Of a DNA stretch of 64,000 nucleotides, positions 36,788-51,716 are shown piece by piece. The translations under genes were made by a program, and so were the position numbers. The notes under the pieces are model-generated. The model ran no database searches, was not told where the DNA came from, and saw only the letters and a program-made list of their open reading frames with translations. The first letter of the stretch is position 1. Each line of letters starts with the position of its first letter. The stretch comes from Anthoceros angustus (Eukaryota; Plantae; Anthocerotophyta), in the NCBI GenBank assembly GCA_010909165.1, contig VJWM01000134.1:62001-126000 (forward strand), in the 5' to 3' direction.

Positions 36788-37839
36788 CTCGCGATGAATC
36801 GAAGAAAGTCTGTGGGAGTATGTGCCTCCTAGGAGTCGAGCATGTCTTGGTAGGCGATCGGAGAAATCGTAGCTAGTGCGGTGGAGATGAGAGCAAAAGT
36901 TTGAAGACGGTGAGCCATCATTGCCTCTGCTGCGAGCTTATATGGGCTGCGATCAATGGGTGGTGGCATTGCAGATCTAGATGGGGAGGTGAGTAGGTAT
37001 CCATGGCTTGCATCGATATCACCACTTCCTTCCAAGTTCCGCAACCTCACCAAGCGAGAGCCGCTTATGTCGGCTCTCTTTCCCTCATTATCCACATGTT
37101 CACGATCTCGAGAACCGGTCCGAGGCCACTTGTGAAAGCCAAACTGAGGCCTTGTCTGGGTTGACCAATCGTCCAAAGCAAAGGAAAATAGTTTCATACT
37201 GCGTGCAAATTGTACTTGTTATGCAAATGGTTAAAAACCGATTTTCACTCTTTTTCCTTGGAAAATTTTAAATATTTGTAGTAGTTTCTCACAAGACACC
37301 TTATCTATATATAGCAATCTACTACAACAATTATTGCAAATGAGCTTGACAACTCATATAATTCAGCTAACATGACAAGTCTACACTTTAGTAGCTCTTA
37401 CAATGTTGATTACAACAATAATTTGAATGACAATCCACGAAGATCCGATAAGCGTCGTTTTAATAGTTTTGAGGCAACATATTACTATTATATTCAACCA
37501 ATTGAGAGGCTTGTCAATGAGATGTTTATCCTCCAACGTTCTCTACATCAACTCGCATGCTATTGTTGTTTTTGTTGTGAACTTTGTCACTTAAAGGATT
37601 ACAAATAGTGCCCGTATAAACTACGGGTGGTCAATGTTGTTGTCGGTGTCACGGAGGTCCAATGTTGAGCAGGTGATTGTCATTTACAAAATTGTAGGAA
37701 ATCTTGGACTAGGTTGAATACCAATTTGGATGCGTTGTGGGAGATTTGCGCTTTTTACGACTAGATTGCATTAAATTTGAATGATCTATGATTAGTGCTA
37801 AAAATGCATCCAAGATAATTGCTTCAAATACATCACCAT

Positions 37840-39850
37840 GAAATTAATCACCTACACTACAAGAGAGGAAATGAAAAGGAAAAGAACAATAAATCTAGTA
37901 CCTCCTTTTGGTGGAGGCATATTCCATCCGGAGGAGGTATGTTGATCGAGGAGGTATAATCGGGTTGGCGGGTCGTCTATTCTTGAACATGGGAGGGCCT
38001 TTGGTTGGCGTAGGAGGTATAATCGCCCTAGGTGGTATAATAGGCATAGGAGTTACAATTTGCCAATGAAGTACCATAAATCAGTGTTAAAATCACATGC
38101 AAATTTGCTCCAAGGTATACGCCATGAAACTAGTCTCTCCTAGAATGAGGGAGGCCTATAGAAAAAATAAAATAAACAAAAAAGGAACTTAAGTGTACCT
38201 ATTTCTAGATCTTGATCGAGAACTCGTGCTCATTGGTGCAAGAGGTACATTCGACCGAAGATATCATATGTTAGTATAGAGATCACATCCAAGTTTGCTT
38301 CAATTGTTGCCATGAAACTAAGGGTGGAGGCACCCTTTACATTTGTCTTGTCGACCTTTCCGGAGATACATCGTTCGCCCATGACACTCTAGCCCTCCTT
38401 CTACACGATGGCTTGATCTGTCCTGTTAATCCTTGCCTCACGCAAATCTCTGCCGTGTGGTACAATGCATAGGAAGCACAATCGACCTAGAAGGTTCATT
38501 CGGCAGAGAAGGTTCATTCGGAAAACATTCATTTGGTGCGTAAGGTTCATCCGGCGGTGAAGGTTCATTCGTGGTGAAAGTACATTTTGCCTACGGATAT
38601 GATCCCCTATGAGATACCATAGATCGTGTTAAAATCACATGCAAGTTTACTTCAACCATCGCCACGAAACTAATCATGAGCTGCAATAAGAAAGGCTCAA
38701 GAAAGAAAAATGAAAAGAAACTTCGCCGCTTGATCGAGAACTCGCGAGCTCGCTAGTGAAGGAGTTATATTCGACTGGAAGGTATCGTATGTTAGTGTAG
38801 AATCACGGCAAAGTTTGCTTCAATTGTTGCCATGAAACTAAGGGTGCGATACCCTTTAAATTTGTCTTGTCAACCTTTGTGGAGAGACGTTGTTTGCCCA
38901 TGACACTCTTGCCCTCTTGCTACGTGATGGCACAGTTGATCCACATCACTGATCCTTGCCTCTTGTAGTCAAATCAACCGCCACAGTGGTACAAGCAATG
39001 TAGTAGGCACAATCGATGTAGAAGGTTCATTTGGTAGAGAAGGTTCGTTCGGTGGAGAAGGTTCATTCGGTGCGGAAGGTTCATTCGGCACATTTTGCGC
39101 GGATACAATCCCCTCGAGATACCATAGATCAATGTTAAAATCACATGCAAGTTTACTTCAAGCCGGAGCTCTTAACCTAATCATGACTGCAATGAGGAAG
39201 GCTTAGGAAAGGGAAAAAGAAAGAAAAATGAAAAAGAAACTTGTACCGCCATTGTTTGATCCGAATTGCAAGCTCGTTGGTGTAGGAGGTATATTCGACC
39301 TGGAAGATATTATATATTAGCACATGTGCGTAGATCATATATCCAAGTTTGCTTCAATTGTTGCCAAGAAAATAAGGCGAGGAACCCTTTGTCTTGTCGA
39401 CCTTTCCGGAGGTACATTGTTTGTCGATGACACTCTTGCCCTCTTGCTACGTGATGGCACATTGATCCTCACGGATCCTTGCCCTCTTGTAGTCAAATCA
39501 AGCCGCGCCACGGTGGTACAAGCAATGTAGTAGGCACAATCGACGTAGAAGGTTCATTTGGTAGAGAAGGTTCGTTCGGTGGAGAAGGTTCATTCGGTGC
39601 AGAAGGTTCATTCGGCGCAGAAACTGCATTTGGCGCAGCAGATACAATCCCCCTACGAGATACCATAGATCAATGTTAAAATCACATGCAAGTTTACTTC
39701 AAGCACCGGAGCCCTTAACCTAATCATGACCTGCAATGAGGAAGGCTTAGGAAAGGGAAAAAGAAAGAAAAATGAAAAAGAAACTTGTACCGCCATTGTT
39801 TGATCGAATTAAGCTCGTTGGTGTAGGAGGTATATTCGACCTGGAAGATA
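37840..39850 (-). repeat. PLATZ-tail modules (U2, three extra)
   Basis: Module markers at ~38291, 38811, 39343 and 39884. Confidence 0.82.
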
Positions 39851-40683
39851 TTATATATTAGCACATGCTAGATCATATATCCAAGTTTGCTTCAATTGTT
39901 GCCAAGAAAATAAGGGAGCAGGAACCCTTTGTCTTGTCGACCTCGAGGTACATTGTTTGTCGATGACACTCTTGCCCATACGCTGTCGGCCCTTGATCCT
40001 CCTTGTGATCTTTGCCCTATTCGGCGAATCAATCGGTGCCACCACTCTCTCATCAAGGTTGTTAAGATTTTTATAAGAACCAATCCTTCATATTCGCGAC
40101 TTCTTACAGCTATGACCTTGCAATTAATGCTGCAAAACCAATCCATGTGAGTCACCGTTTACTTCGCCAATGTTACATCACATGTTTTGCACACTAATTC
40201 TTTCCCATTTGGTTTTCCTTCTGCTCTTGTTCCCAAGAAATATACTTCATAATTATTAGATCGACAATAAGCGAGATGCGAAGATCAATACTTTCAGCGA
40301 TAAGTATGTCCGCATTTTCGTCAATGGTGAAGGATGCCCTGTATGAACATCTTCGTAGATGAAGAATTCGATGACCTGCATGATTTTGTTGTACTCCTAT
40401 CGTACAAAGCGGTCCTTCACGACAAGTAACACAATATTTTTGCAAATTCAGATCTTTCTTATTGAGTTTAGCTCCATCTGCTCCATGATATCTGCAAGGC
40501 CTTTGCTCCACCTTTCATGACTTTACGGGGTCTAGGTTTGGTTGGAAAATATGCATCTCTATTGTTCACCAAATCTACGATCCAATGTGTAAGCACAAGG
40601 TCACGTGAATCATCATTCCTTACATATGAGGCATCATTTGTGAGTTCTTCCTCCTGTTTCACTATCACGTGCTTGACCTCCAT
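39851..40683 (-). CDS. PLATZ-family transcription factor (U2 copy)
   Basis: ORF 40194-40511 reads PCRYHGADG..KYCVTCREGPLCTIGVQQNHAGHRILHLRRCSY; ORF 39892-40155 contains DWFCSINCKV. Confidence 0.8.
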
Positions 40684-42904
40684 TTTGTAAGTTCTGTACT
40701 TTACACCAAAGTTGCGTATAAAGGGTACATATTCAAACTCATACTCCTTGATGTGATATCGATGTGCACTATGTTTCGTCCATCCTCTTGCACAACATAA
40801 AATAAACAGCAATGTATGAATAATGGTCCAATGTCCACTATCAAGAATTAATATGTAAGTACTAGCGATGAAAACATATATAAATTGTAGATAAAATCAA
40901 CGATCCACCTAATACTCATCATGAAAGTTTGATGTAAAAACATCAAGAAACTAAATATATAATCATAAAATTAACAAACAACATAAATAAAATAAGAGTT
41001 AAGTACGATAATGTTCAAGTACAATAGAGAAGCCTAAAACACTAACCTATAGAATAATGATGATGTTGAGGTAGGACTTGAACTTGGTTTAGTATACACA
41101 CATATATGTAGAGACTAACGCGTGTGTTCGATATATTTTGATCTCTTTCGAGGATGGCTTTAAATTTTTTTAATGTGTTTAATGTAATAGAAGGGACAAC
41201 GACATAATGAATCCCTTAAGAGTCTACAAGTTAGTTGAACTATAACATTATTCACAACAAGACCATTATTAAAGATCATGAATGCTACTACTTACATGAA
41301 GATATGAAATGAAGTATTACTAGCACAATAATTGTGGGTCAGATGCCTCCAATGAACCAGCAATTGCGGACTATCACTCCAATGAACCATCAATTGTGGA
41401 CTATCACTCGATGAGAACAATTGTGGATTGTTGAACACTCAATTTATAATAGATAGATAGATAGATAAATATATTTGTACGCGCTGCAATTGGACAAGCA
41501 ATGACTACCTTACGGGTACAAGATAAGCATCGCTAGCACAAGTTGCTTGTGGCATACAAAGTGGTGTACATATATGTGTGTCGGCTATTGGATTTGGAGT
41601 GCTTGAATTCATGAGTGTCTCAATAATGTTGGGTTTAAATAAATTTGGACTTCCTTCTCACAAGGGTTTTGAACTTTCTTTCATACCATAATGCACTCCA
41701 AGGGGTTTGCACGGGCATAAAGAGTTTGGGCGAGATAAGAGGTATCGATTCATGAGAGCCTCTCGAGATTGGGTGATAAGCATTGGAGAGGTATCGATTC
41801 ATGAGGCGCCTCGATATTGGGTGATAAGCATTAGATCGATCAATTCTTTTTAATCATTATAGCTAGGTATTTTCGTAGTTATAATTTTATATTCATAACT
41901 AGGTAATAGATGATTGATCCTGTCTTGGTAGCCCAAGCTGCGAGTCAATATCGAATCGAACAAGCCATAGAATACTAATGACTTCATTTCCTAAAACCGG
42001 ATGAAAAGAGTAAATACTATGGATATGTCCTGCTTGCACATCGTCTACAACCAAGGAGAACGCATGGAGAGAAAAAACGACAGGGGATGAGTTACCTAAA
42101 CGCCTTGATAACGAATCGGGCCGGTGGCATCGGCAACAGTGAAACATATCTCATGTTTTGGTTTGACACAAGTGGGCTCCTTTTGGTTTGACACCAGTGG
42201 GCTCCTTTTGGTTTGACACCAGTGGGCTCCGGGACCAACTCCACTCTTCTAGTGGACACGCGGATGAGAAGCAACCAAAGCCGCCTCGAGGCGGCTCGTC
42301 AAAGGCTCGTTATCTTTCACACATACACTATTGAGCGCCGTCTCTTGGAAATGATGGGAATGCTCATAGCCTTCTTTCCGTGGCTGCATGTGCTTCCTTA
42401 GGAAAATCGGCTTTTGAACAACTCTGAATGGTAGGCACAAACCAAATGCATGCCATGGCAGCCAAGTTGTTTATTCTAGGCCATGTCGCACTTTTATACC
42501 TCGAGTGCACATGTTCCGAGACACAACGTATCCCTTTCATCTTCGATCTGCAAGAGGCAGGTACTTCCCTAATGCAACTCATTACATGATGCTTACAGGC
42601 AGAATTTGACCAAGCTTTTGCCTCTCCACCTAACAGTACAAGTACGCAAGCCATGGGTACGCTCCTCCCCATCTCCAGTCGACTCATTTCATTTGACTGA
42701 CCAGTCTCCCCGCCGCCCACTGACTGCAGCGGACATATAAGCTCGCCGTAGAAGCAGAAGCAGAAGCAGAAGCAGTAATCACACACCGTCTTCCGGGCTC
42801 TCATCTCCACTGCACTGCCCACTACTCCGATCGCCAAGCTCACAGCTAGCGCATGCTCTGGACTCCTGCGCAGCCTCCACAGACCTGTCTGCTTCTATTA
42901 CAAG

Positions 42905-43696
42905 ATGGCCAGCTTCAACGCAGCGTGGGTTCTTCTGTCGGCGCTGGTGGCAGCCAGCAGCCTGATGGCCGCCGTGCAAGGTGAATCCAGCGCGCGTTCA
43001 ACACACTGCATTGCATCGATTACTAGCTATAGCCTTGCTTCCTGCTGAATGATGAAGCATAGCTGTGATCGTGAACTCTCGAGATTGAGCAGAACGTTTG
43101 TGTGGAATGGTGGGTCAAACTGCAGGGTGCTACGTGCAGATACAGAACCACTGCCCCTACCCCGTCACCAGCTGCGCGCAATCCAGAGCCGACCCCATCG
43201 CGCAGTTCCAGCTGGCCTCGGGCCAGTCGCAGACCCTGGACTTCGGCTCCGCCTGCAGCTGGCCGTCGGCCACGATATGGGCGTCGGTGCGAGGGCAGTG
43301 CGTTGCGCCCGGGGAACCCTGCCGCCGCCAACGATAAGAACCTGGCCGATCTGGCGGAATTCAACCTGGCCAGCCCCACCGACTTCTACGATGTCAGCAA
43401 CGTGAACGCCTACACCATCGGCCTCAAGATCCAGCCCGTTGCCAGCAGCTGCGGCGCACCTTCCTGCTCCATCCCCGACATCCGCTCCTTCTGCGGCGCC
43501 AACAACCAGCTGCTGAGCCTGCCTCCGGGGCGCTCTCCTGCATCAACACCGACGGCACTGCCGGCCGAGGCCCCTCGGACGGCACCCGCCTGTTCAAGGC
43601 CGCCTGCCCTCCTCCTACAGCTACAACTACGACGACGCCACCTCCACCTTCACTTGCCCCCACGGCACCAACTACAATGTCATCTTCTGTCCCTGA
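42905..43696 (+). CDS. Thaumatin-like protein TLP-A3
   Basis: Same two-exon structure and motifs as TLP-A1; homopolymer indels only. Confidence 0.92.
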
Positions 43697-43879
43697 TCGA
43701 TTTCTGTGGCTCTCGCGCACATACCTGCTCCTGGGCAAGGATTTGATCCACACGTACGGAGACATGTAGTATGTGGTTTCGTAAAGAGTTCACGACTTGT
43801 GAACATTGGCTGGTAGCAGGGCAGTGTAGATTGGGAAATCAATTTGGACATACACGGTCATTGTGTGCCATCATCTGTA

Positions 43880-45070
43880 GCAAACAATCGCATGCAAGCA
43901 TGTCTTCCCAGGTCACATTTCCATGATTCCGCCAGACCCCAGCAGTGATGCACACCAAACTGCTCAGCCAGGTTGAACCGGCATGGCCAAGAGCATGGCT
44001 TCTGCTTTGCTAGCGCTGAAGAGTCCATCCCTGCCAAAAGGTTGGTCAATCATGCAGCTAGAATAATGGCTGAAGTCCCTCTCCCATAGGAGGAAGTACT
44101 TTGAAGCATTCAAAGTACTTCCTCCTTCCTAACATTCGAGTTTGGCTGCAGGCAGGCAAAAGCATAGGAGTAAAGAACTGTGTTGGCCACAAAGATGCTG
44201 CCACTGGTTGGACACCTTCCTTCTGCTTTGTTGCATACAGTTCTAACGCCTTTTCCCCTTATTCCTGCTCCATAGAGCAACCTAGGATTGCATTCCATGT
44301 TACCACATCCGAGGTCAGGTACAACAATCCTGTGCAACAACAACAGCAGTGCGGCTCCACTCCTCATTCCCACAGCCCGCTAAATCAACGCAGTGTACAG
44401 TTGTGTCGGCGTGGACACCATCCCCGACACGAAGCGAAAATACATGAAGCGCTCGTTGAGAAAGCTTCAGTGCAGCAGAGCGCGTTCTCATGTGAATGTC
44501 GAGGTCACAAGTTTTGAAGATCAAAAAGTTTGGAAGAGGCTCTGCGCTTATGCTGGTTTTCATCTGTCGCTTCAAGGAACCAACATGTCCGAAAGAAGGA
44601 GGTGAGGATAAACCCTGAGCCCGCTCTCTGTTGCAGTTCATGGATCTCTGGTACGGAATCCCAGCATTGGCAAAGATTTGGGACATGAGCATGTATGGTG
44701 AAGCTTCCAGTGGCTGCAAGTGCGCCAGGCAGTCAAATGGATGTCTTCCCAGGCCACATTTCCATGAATTCAGCAGACCCCAGCAGGGACGACCAAACTG
44801 CACAGTCAGGCTGAATCAGCATGCCCAAGAGCAGCGCTTCTGCTTTGCTAGCCTGAAGACTCCGTCCCTGCCAAAGAGGTCAGTCAATCAAGCTAGAATA
44901 TTGGTTACTTGGGGCTGTAAATGGCTTTAGTCCTCTCCATAGCAATACTTTTGGCAGCAAGCTACTTCCTCCTGCCTACAACATTCCATTATGGCTGCAG
45001 GCAGACAGAAGGAAAGAATTGTGTCGGCTTCCTCATGCAAACCAGATGCAGGAAACGCTGCAACGCACAA
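43880..45070 (-). pseudogene. PPR fragments (U3 copy)
   Basis: Near-identical to 7430-8620. Confidence 0.82.
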
Positions 45071-45320
45071 ACATCCAGCTTGGCCAGCTGAAACCGTACA
45101 ACCTGGTGCCAAGAATCCGGGGCCACAACACTACGGTGGTTAAGATTCTGGAAACAGGGAAATCACAACACTACGGTTGTGCTGAGAGTTCAGCAATCCT
45201 AAGTTCACAACACTACAGTAGTTAAGATTCTACGGTAGTCAAAATTCTGCATGGGCAGGCGAGTGACCAGATGGAACCACAAGTCCTGTTCCTTTGTGAT
45301 GGGGCTTCCTGAATTTCACC

Positions 45321-47507
45321 TCAGGCTGGCTGGAACGGGCGAGGACTTATTATTATTATGGACTCCTCCTTGAAAATGGCTGTTCTCTCAGCAAATCCTG
45401 TGAGTTCCTTGTCAGAGACGCCGGCTCGTCTGTCAAGGAGCTCTGCCTCTGCCTTCGCAAGAGCTCTGGGCTGCAAAGGGATCCCTACACATTTGCGTGT
45501 GGGGACCTCAATTGCTGCTGCAACCAGCAGTCCTAAACTAGAGGCTACTAGGACGATAATAAAAGGTGGCCAGTCATACTGGTCGAAGAATACCTGTGGC
45601 AGGAAGGGCAAGCATCACAAGTTGGGACACGGACTTGTTGGTGAAAGTATGGGGAGTAGAGCTTGCAGAGATACCAGATGCAAGGATTTGGACACGCTAG
45701 TGTGCCATCCGTTGCTGCGGATGGCTGCATACACAATCACAGATATGAGTCAGACAAGCAACCGCTAAGGGTTGACATGGGTGTCACTATGCGCTCAGCC
45801 CAGTAGCCGGTGAACAGCCCTGACATTATGGGGAGTGCGGATGTGGTTGTCACGATGTTGCTCATGAGGAACAGGCTGTTGATATTGTAGCCCTGGGCAA
45901 AGGGTGTACGATAGGAGTCAGTGTTTGTCATCACTTCACCAACAGATCCAACAAGCAATGGCATGGTTTGCCTACCCTGCGTGATACCACGAGGCATGGA
46001 ACCGTTACAACAACCATCAACAGACGGCTCCACATAACGGACTGGTTTCGCAGAAACACGTCCGCAATGCAGTTTGTGAGAGCATTTTGTAGAGAATCTC
46101 AGCTGAGTCGCTCGTATAGTGACCCATACCATACCATCTGCAAGTGGACCACAAATAAGCTGGGGTTGTGCAATGCACACAAACAAACATGTATATGTTG
46201 AGACTACAGACACCAGGTAATGGCGACAGGGACAGTGCCACACCTGGACTCCATCGCTGTTCGTAAGCAACGTGAAGAAAATGGTGTTGCCGCACTCATC
46301 TGGTCCAGAAGGCACAAACTTCCCAGACCAGGCTGCGATGTACCCACCGAATCAAAAGGAAGCACACAAGAATCACCTAGTACACGGAGCATGAGCCTTT
46401 TAAGTGTTCCTGCTTAACCACATTGCCTTTTTCAACCCCAACATCAGATTAACATACAAGAGGACATTCATTACCTGGCAAGCTCCCAGAAAGCACCCTG
46501 CTTCAACTTTCGGTTACCTGACAGATGCCATATCGCCTCACTGAACGACGAGGCGGATATCAGGAGATCGGCATAGTGGCAATCGAGGCATACCCTGCAC
46601 AGTCAGCACGATATGATGGATTATACAGTCTTCCTGCCGAGAAAGCAAGCCTTGCTGGCAAGCACACACAGAGATTGTGTCCACAAATCGCTTCGCTGAA
46701 GAGCAGTTCCGGAGTCAGCGTCCTCCAGCATGTTCAGAATTGGATCCTACAACTAGTTCCAAGTGCACCAGACACCGCTATCGTACCTTCCTGACGAAGT
46801 CTGTGAAAGACATGACGTTCGGCAGCCTCCTGGTGATGTGGGCGCCAAAGAAACCCTGCAACAGAATGGGCAGGCCACAACCACGGCGTAGCACACAAGC
46901 CCCACAATCCCCTGCCTCACAGTTGAGCCATGAGTTCATGCTGATCATAGCAGAGATGAGCAGGCTTTCCTAGCCCCAGCACCGCCATCCAACCACTCAC
47001 TCACCATATGCGTAAGCGTAGGATGGGAGGGAGAAAATTGCCATGGCCCCATCGCTGCAGCGTAGAAAGAGCCGGCAATCCTGAAAGCTCCAGCTGTTCC
47101 CCGTGCTGTCAAGAAGAATTCAGTGGTGTCCTTGCCCTGCATCCACCAGCCAAGCGGGACCCTGGTCAGTCACACAGCCAGCCCTTCATGACCTTGCTGG
47201 AACCAGACCCGGGCCCGAAACCCACCTCCATCACCTTCCGCTCCTGCCTGATGATAGCAAACACGAGCAAACACCCCAGCCCGTTACGGCCACAGAGCTG
47301 TGCGTAGCTCCACAGAGCAAGCGCGGAAGCCATGGCCACCCCAGCAAGCGCCTGGCTTGCTGGGACCTCCTGCCATGCTCGGGAAAACGAGAGAGGCAGC
47401 TCTTCGTCCATTCCCGCCAGTTCGTATGCGTCAATTCCGATTGAAGTTAGCCCTCGCCGCCAAAATCTTGCGCTACGTTGGGGACGTGCAAAAGTGGGTA
47501 GATTCAC
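45321..47507 (-). pseudogene. SSS transporter pseudogene (U3 copy)
   Basis: ORFs 45321-45611, 45737-46315 and 46945-47142 (MQGKDTTEFFLTARGTAGAFRIAGSFYAAAMG). Confidence 0.75.
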
Positions 47508-49621
47508 GGTTGCTGGGTCTCTGAACCTTCCAATGCACCTCTTTGACTTGCTACGTAGCTGTCAGCAACTGCTGAATGCGCAATCCCCTGCCCTCTCGCT
47601 GCTGGCTTTGGTTTTGTGTTTCCTCCTGCCTGCCCTCAGACTCTAACACCCCTCCATCCTCTCCCCGGGCCCACCATTGTCTCTCCACACACCTGCCTAA
47701 CGTCCTCAGCTCGATTCACAAGGACTGGCCCTGGCTTCCCCTATCTCACTCCGCGGGCTGTTCCAATGCTCAGCTTCAGGCAAGTCTTCAAGCTCCAACG
47801 TAACATAGGTGTGTTAGCTGTGTAGTACCAGGTATGCTCGCGTTTTGCTCTCAGCTCCCTTCACTCGATCATTGACAATCACTCAAACCAATGAGACAAT
47901 CACTCAAATCGATGACAATCACCCAAACAAGAATCGCACAATCTCAACAGGGGCTGCCCTGTTTTATGCGACTTCTGCTTCTCCGATCCCTGCTTGCTTC
48001 ACATGCCCGCAGAAAGAGGCGTCACAACAGGCTCGATCCGACTAGCATCTGTCAAACAAGGGCTGCCTAACCCCTGCATTGGCAGCTGCGGCACCAAGGC
48101 ATTTGTGATACGAATGCCATCACGGATTACGCACCACTGTTTGGTCCCACCCACACCGTCCTCACATTCGACACAACACGTCCTCACTAGACTCCTCCTA
48201 AAATCAGGAGTGAACATATATCATTTCCAACGCAATTCAGGAAGGACGCTCCCCAAAGTTCAACCCAATTTTGCCAAGAAATCGCAGTAGCTAATCTCGT
48301 CGGAGCACATGGCCGGCTAAATCTCAGTTCCGAGGCCGGGCAGGATGCACCAACAAGCAGCCACTTCAGCTCCCTGCTCGTTGTGAAGAAAACTTCCTTG
48401 GGAGGCCCAGATTCATTCTCCTTCAGTGATCGGCTACTGTGTCACACCTCCAAATCTCAGCCATGCATATGGGACCACCTGGCACCACAAAACCTGATCC
48501 AGGCTACGGTTGAATCTACCTCCCGAGCACGTCTAGGACAGATGTTTCCTGGACATGTTGGCCATGTTACTTCACACAGAGGAAGGACGCGCTCTCGACT
48601 CAAGCTTTCCCCAGCTGTTGCTCACCGAGAGCTTTGTCAAATCGTCCTAGATACAGTTTCAGAGCTAATCTTGGGAAATCGGTCATTGCTATCTGCCATT
48701 ATTTCCACACTTGTAACTGCTACAGATGATGGCACACAATGACAGGGTGTCTCCACATCTATTTCCTATTCTACAGACTCTACACTCTACCCTGCAGGCC
48801 ACTGGACAGATGTTCCAGTTAGTTTGTCAGATCAATTCCTCACCAACCACAGTGGAGTTGGATTACCCTCAGCATTTCATGATATGCTGCCATTCTTGAT
48901 CCTGATGTAGTCTTCGGGCCGGAATCAACAGCAAGAATTTGAGCGCTAGCGTTTCCTACTGAATGATGAGAGTGCTAGGATCGTAGAAAGCGCACGAGGG
49001 TATGAGCCAACCTTTGGAATAAGAGCTCCATCAGAGGTCAACCCCGTTGACTTAGACTCTTCAAAACTCACTTTGTGACCTCTGACATTCACATACAGTA
49101 CGAAGGACGAGCTCTCGACTCCATCTTTCCCGATACATGCTCAGCTGCAGTCAATCTCTCAACGAACGCTTTGCCGATTCGTTTTCAATTTCAGAGCTCA
49201 CAGACCATGGCCAGGAAATCAATCATTCCAACTTGCCACTGTTCGCGCACTTGTAACTGCTACAGAAATTGGCACACGGATGACCGTGTGTCTCAAAATT
49301 CATCTCCTTAGTCATGATACACACTGCAGGCCCCTGGACAGTGGATGCCACAACTTGCTGCTGCTGCCGCCAGCCAATGTTCACAACAGGTGAACTCGTT
49401 CGCGGGATCTTCTTCAAATCCTTTGAGTAGCGAGCAGCGGCCCATAGCCATGGCAATGGAGAAGAAGCAATGCAATGTACAAGAATTCAAGAGTTCTGCG
49501 ACATGGTATGAAAAGCCAGCACCTTACATAGTGGCCACTAGCCACACTGGTGACAACCAGTGTCACCTATTGCATACTTGCCTTCTCATCCTCCTAACAT
49601 TGAGCAGCAGAAATCGATCCA

Positions 49622-50503
49622 TCAAGGACAGAAGATGACATTGTAGTTGGTGCCGTGGGGGCAAGTGAAGGTGGAGGTGGCGTCGTCGAAGTTGTAGCTG
49701 TAGGAGGAGGGCAGGCGGCCTTGAACAGGCGGTGCCGTCCGAGGGGCCTCGGCCGGCGGTGCCGTCGGTATTGATGCAGGAGAGCGCGCCGGAGGCAGGC
49801 TCAGCAGCTGGTTGTTGGCGCCGCAGAAGGAGGGATGTCGGGGATGGAGCAGGAAGGTGCGCCGCAGCCGCTGGCGACGGGCTGGATCTTGAGGCCGATG
49901 GTGTAGGCGTTCACGTTGCTCACGTCGTAGAAGTCGGTGGGGCTTGCCAGGTTGAATTCAGCCAAATCGGCCAGGTTCTTGTCGTTGGCGGCGGCAGGGT
50001 TTCCTCCGGGCGCCACGCACTGCCCTCGCACCGACGCCCATATGCTCGCGGACGGCCAGCTGCAAGCGGACCCGAAGTCCAGGGTCTGCGACTGGCCCGC
50101 AGCCAGCTGGAACTGCGCGACAGGGTCGGCCCTGGATTGCACGCAGCTGGTGATGGAGTAGGGGCACTGGTTCTGTATCTGCACGTAGCACCCTGCGCTT
50201 TCATCCACCATTCCACATTCAAACAAACAAACATGTTAAGAACGTTTGAGGGCACAAGTTCTAGTTAATCCTCTAGACCTCAAAATGACAATGAATAATG
50301 TAATATATGCTTCATCAATCTGCACAAAGCAAGTAGATGACTGCATATAACTCAACATGAGAATGAATAATGTAATACATGCTTCATCAATCTGCACAAA
50401 GCAAGTAGATGATCTGCGAGATGCACCTTGCACGGCGGTCATCAAGTCATGGTGCCACCAGCACCCACGTAAGAACCCACACTGTATTGGATCCGCTGGC
50501 CAT
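49622..50503 (-). CDS. Thaumatin-like protein TLP-B3
   Basis: ATG at 50503, TGA at 49622; exon 2 as in TLP-B1. Confidence 0.88.
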
Positions 50504-51364
50504 CTTGTAGTAGAATCGTACACGTCTGCAGGAAGCATGTGCATGTGTGGGACATCAATAAATTAAGAGTTGTGTAAATATCATGTTCAAGTACAATAGA
50601 TAAACCTAAAACACTAACCTATAGAAAAATGATGACGTTGAGATGATACTTGAACTTCTTTTAGTATACTCACACATATATAGGCAAAGTAAGAACACGT
50701 GGGTTCGACATATTTTGCTCTCTCTCGATGATGGCTCTAAAAGTTTCTTTTAATGTGTTTAATGTAATTGAAGGGACACCGACTCTTGATGAATCCCTTA
50801 AGAGTCTACAAGGTTAGTTGAACTATAACATTATTCACAACAAGGCCATTATTACCGATTAATGCTACTACATACATGAAGGCGCTCTTGCAAATGAAGT
50901 ACTCTTAGGCGCAGTCATCGGTGTTCGAGCCGACATAAATTATAGGCTATCACCCCAATTGAACCGGCAGCAATTGCGGACTGTCACTCCAACAGAACTA
51001 ACAATTCTGGATTGTTGATCAATCCAACTGATAGATAGACAGATAGATTCACACTCCTTCTTCATGAAGGCAGCTTCAACGTGTGCAACAGCAAAGCTGA
51101 CAAAAATGCCCCAACACTTGTAATGAAAACAAAAACCATGTGAGATTCCTATAAAGCTCGGCTCGAGTCCTATCATGCGTTGTAGGTCTTTTCGGCCACA
51201 TAATTTAGGTTGTCACCACGCCTTTGGAACCGCCCTATAAGACCATAGTGCCCTCCAACACTCCGGGCAAATTAAGCAAGCACATGCTATATAACATAGT
51301 CCGATCTGCATATCGAGAACCTTCCCAAACATCTCACAATCACATTCACGGACCCGATGCACAG

Positions 51365-51659
51365 GCGGTGGTTACCTTATCTACACGTAGCACCACCGCA
51401 CTTTCGTCCACCATCCCACACAAACAACCAAACAAACAAAGAAATAAACAAGCAGTTAGAACGTTTATGCTGAAGTTTTAGTCAATCCTCTAGAGTTCGG
51501 GATCGGAACCAATAATGTATGCTTCATCAACTGCGAAGCAAGTAGTCGATGTAATGCTGATCGGTGGCTTAGATAATTGCGAGATGCACCTTGCGGTGTG
51601 GCCATCAGGCGCCACGCTAATACAAGAACCCACGCGTTGGAACTAGATCCACTAGCCAT
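51365..51659 (-). pseudogene. TLP-C3 stub
   Basis: ATGGCTAGTGGATCTAG at 51659, CAAG|GT donor, and TAC GTG TAG stop. Confidence 0.8.
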
Positions 51660-51716
51660 CTCGCGGTAGAATCGAAGAAAGTCTGGGAGTATGTGCCTCC
51701 TAGGAGTCAGCATGTC

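Larger units (their letters stand above)
20191..41618. repeat. Macro-repeat unit U2 (~21.4 kb; expanded by a Copia insertion and local duplications)
   Basis: Colinear with U1. The extra length is accounted for by Copia (~4.55 kb) plus 1.55-kb, ~240-bp and 86-bp duplications. Confidence 0.95.
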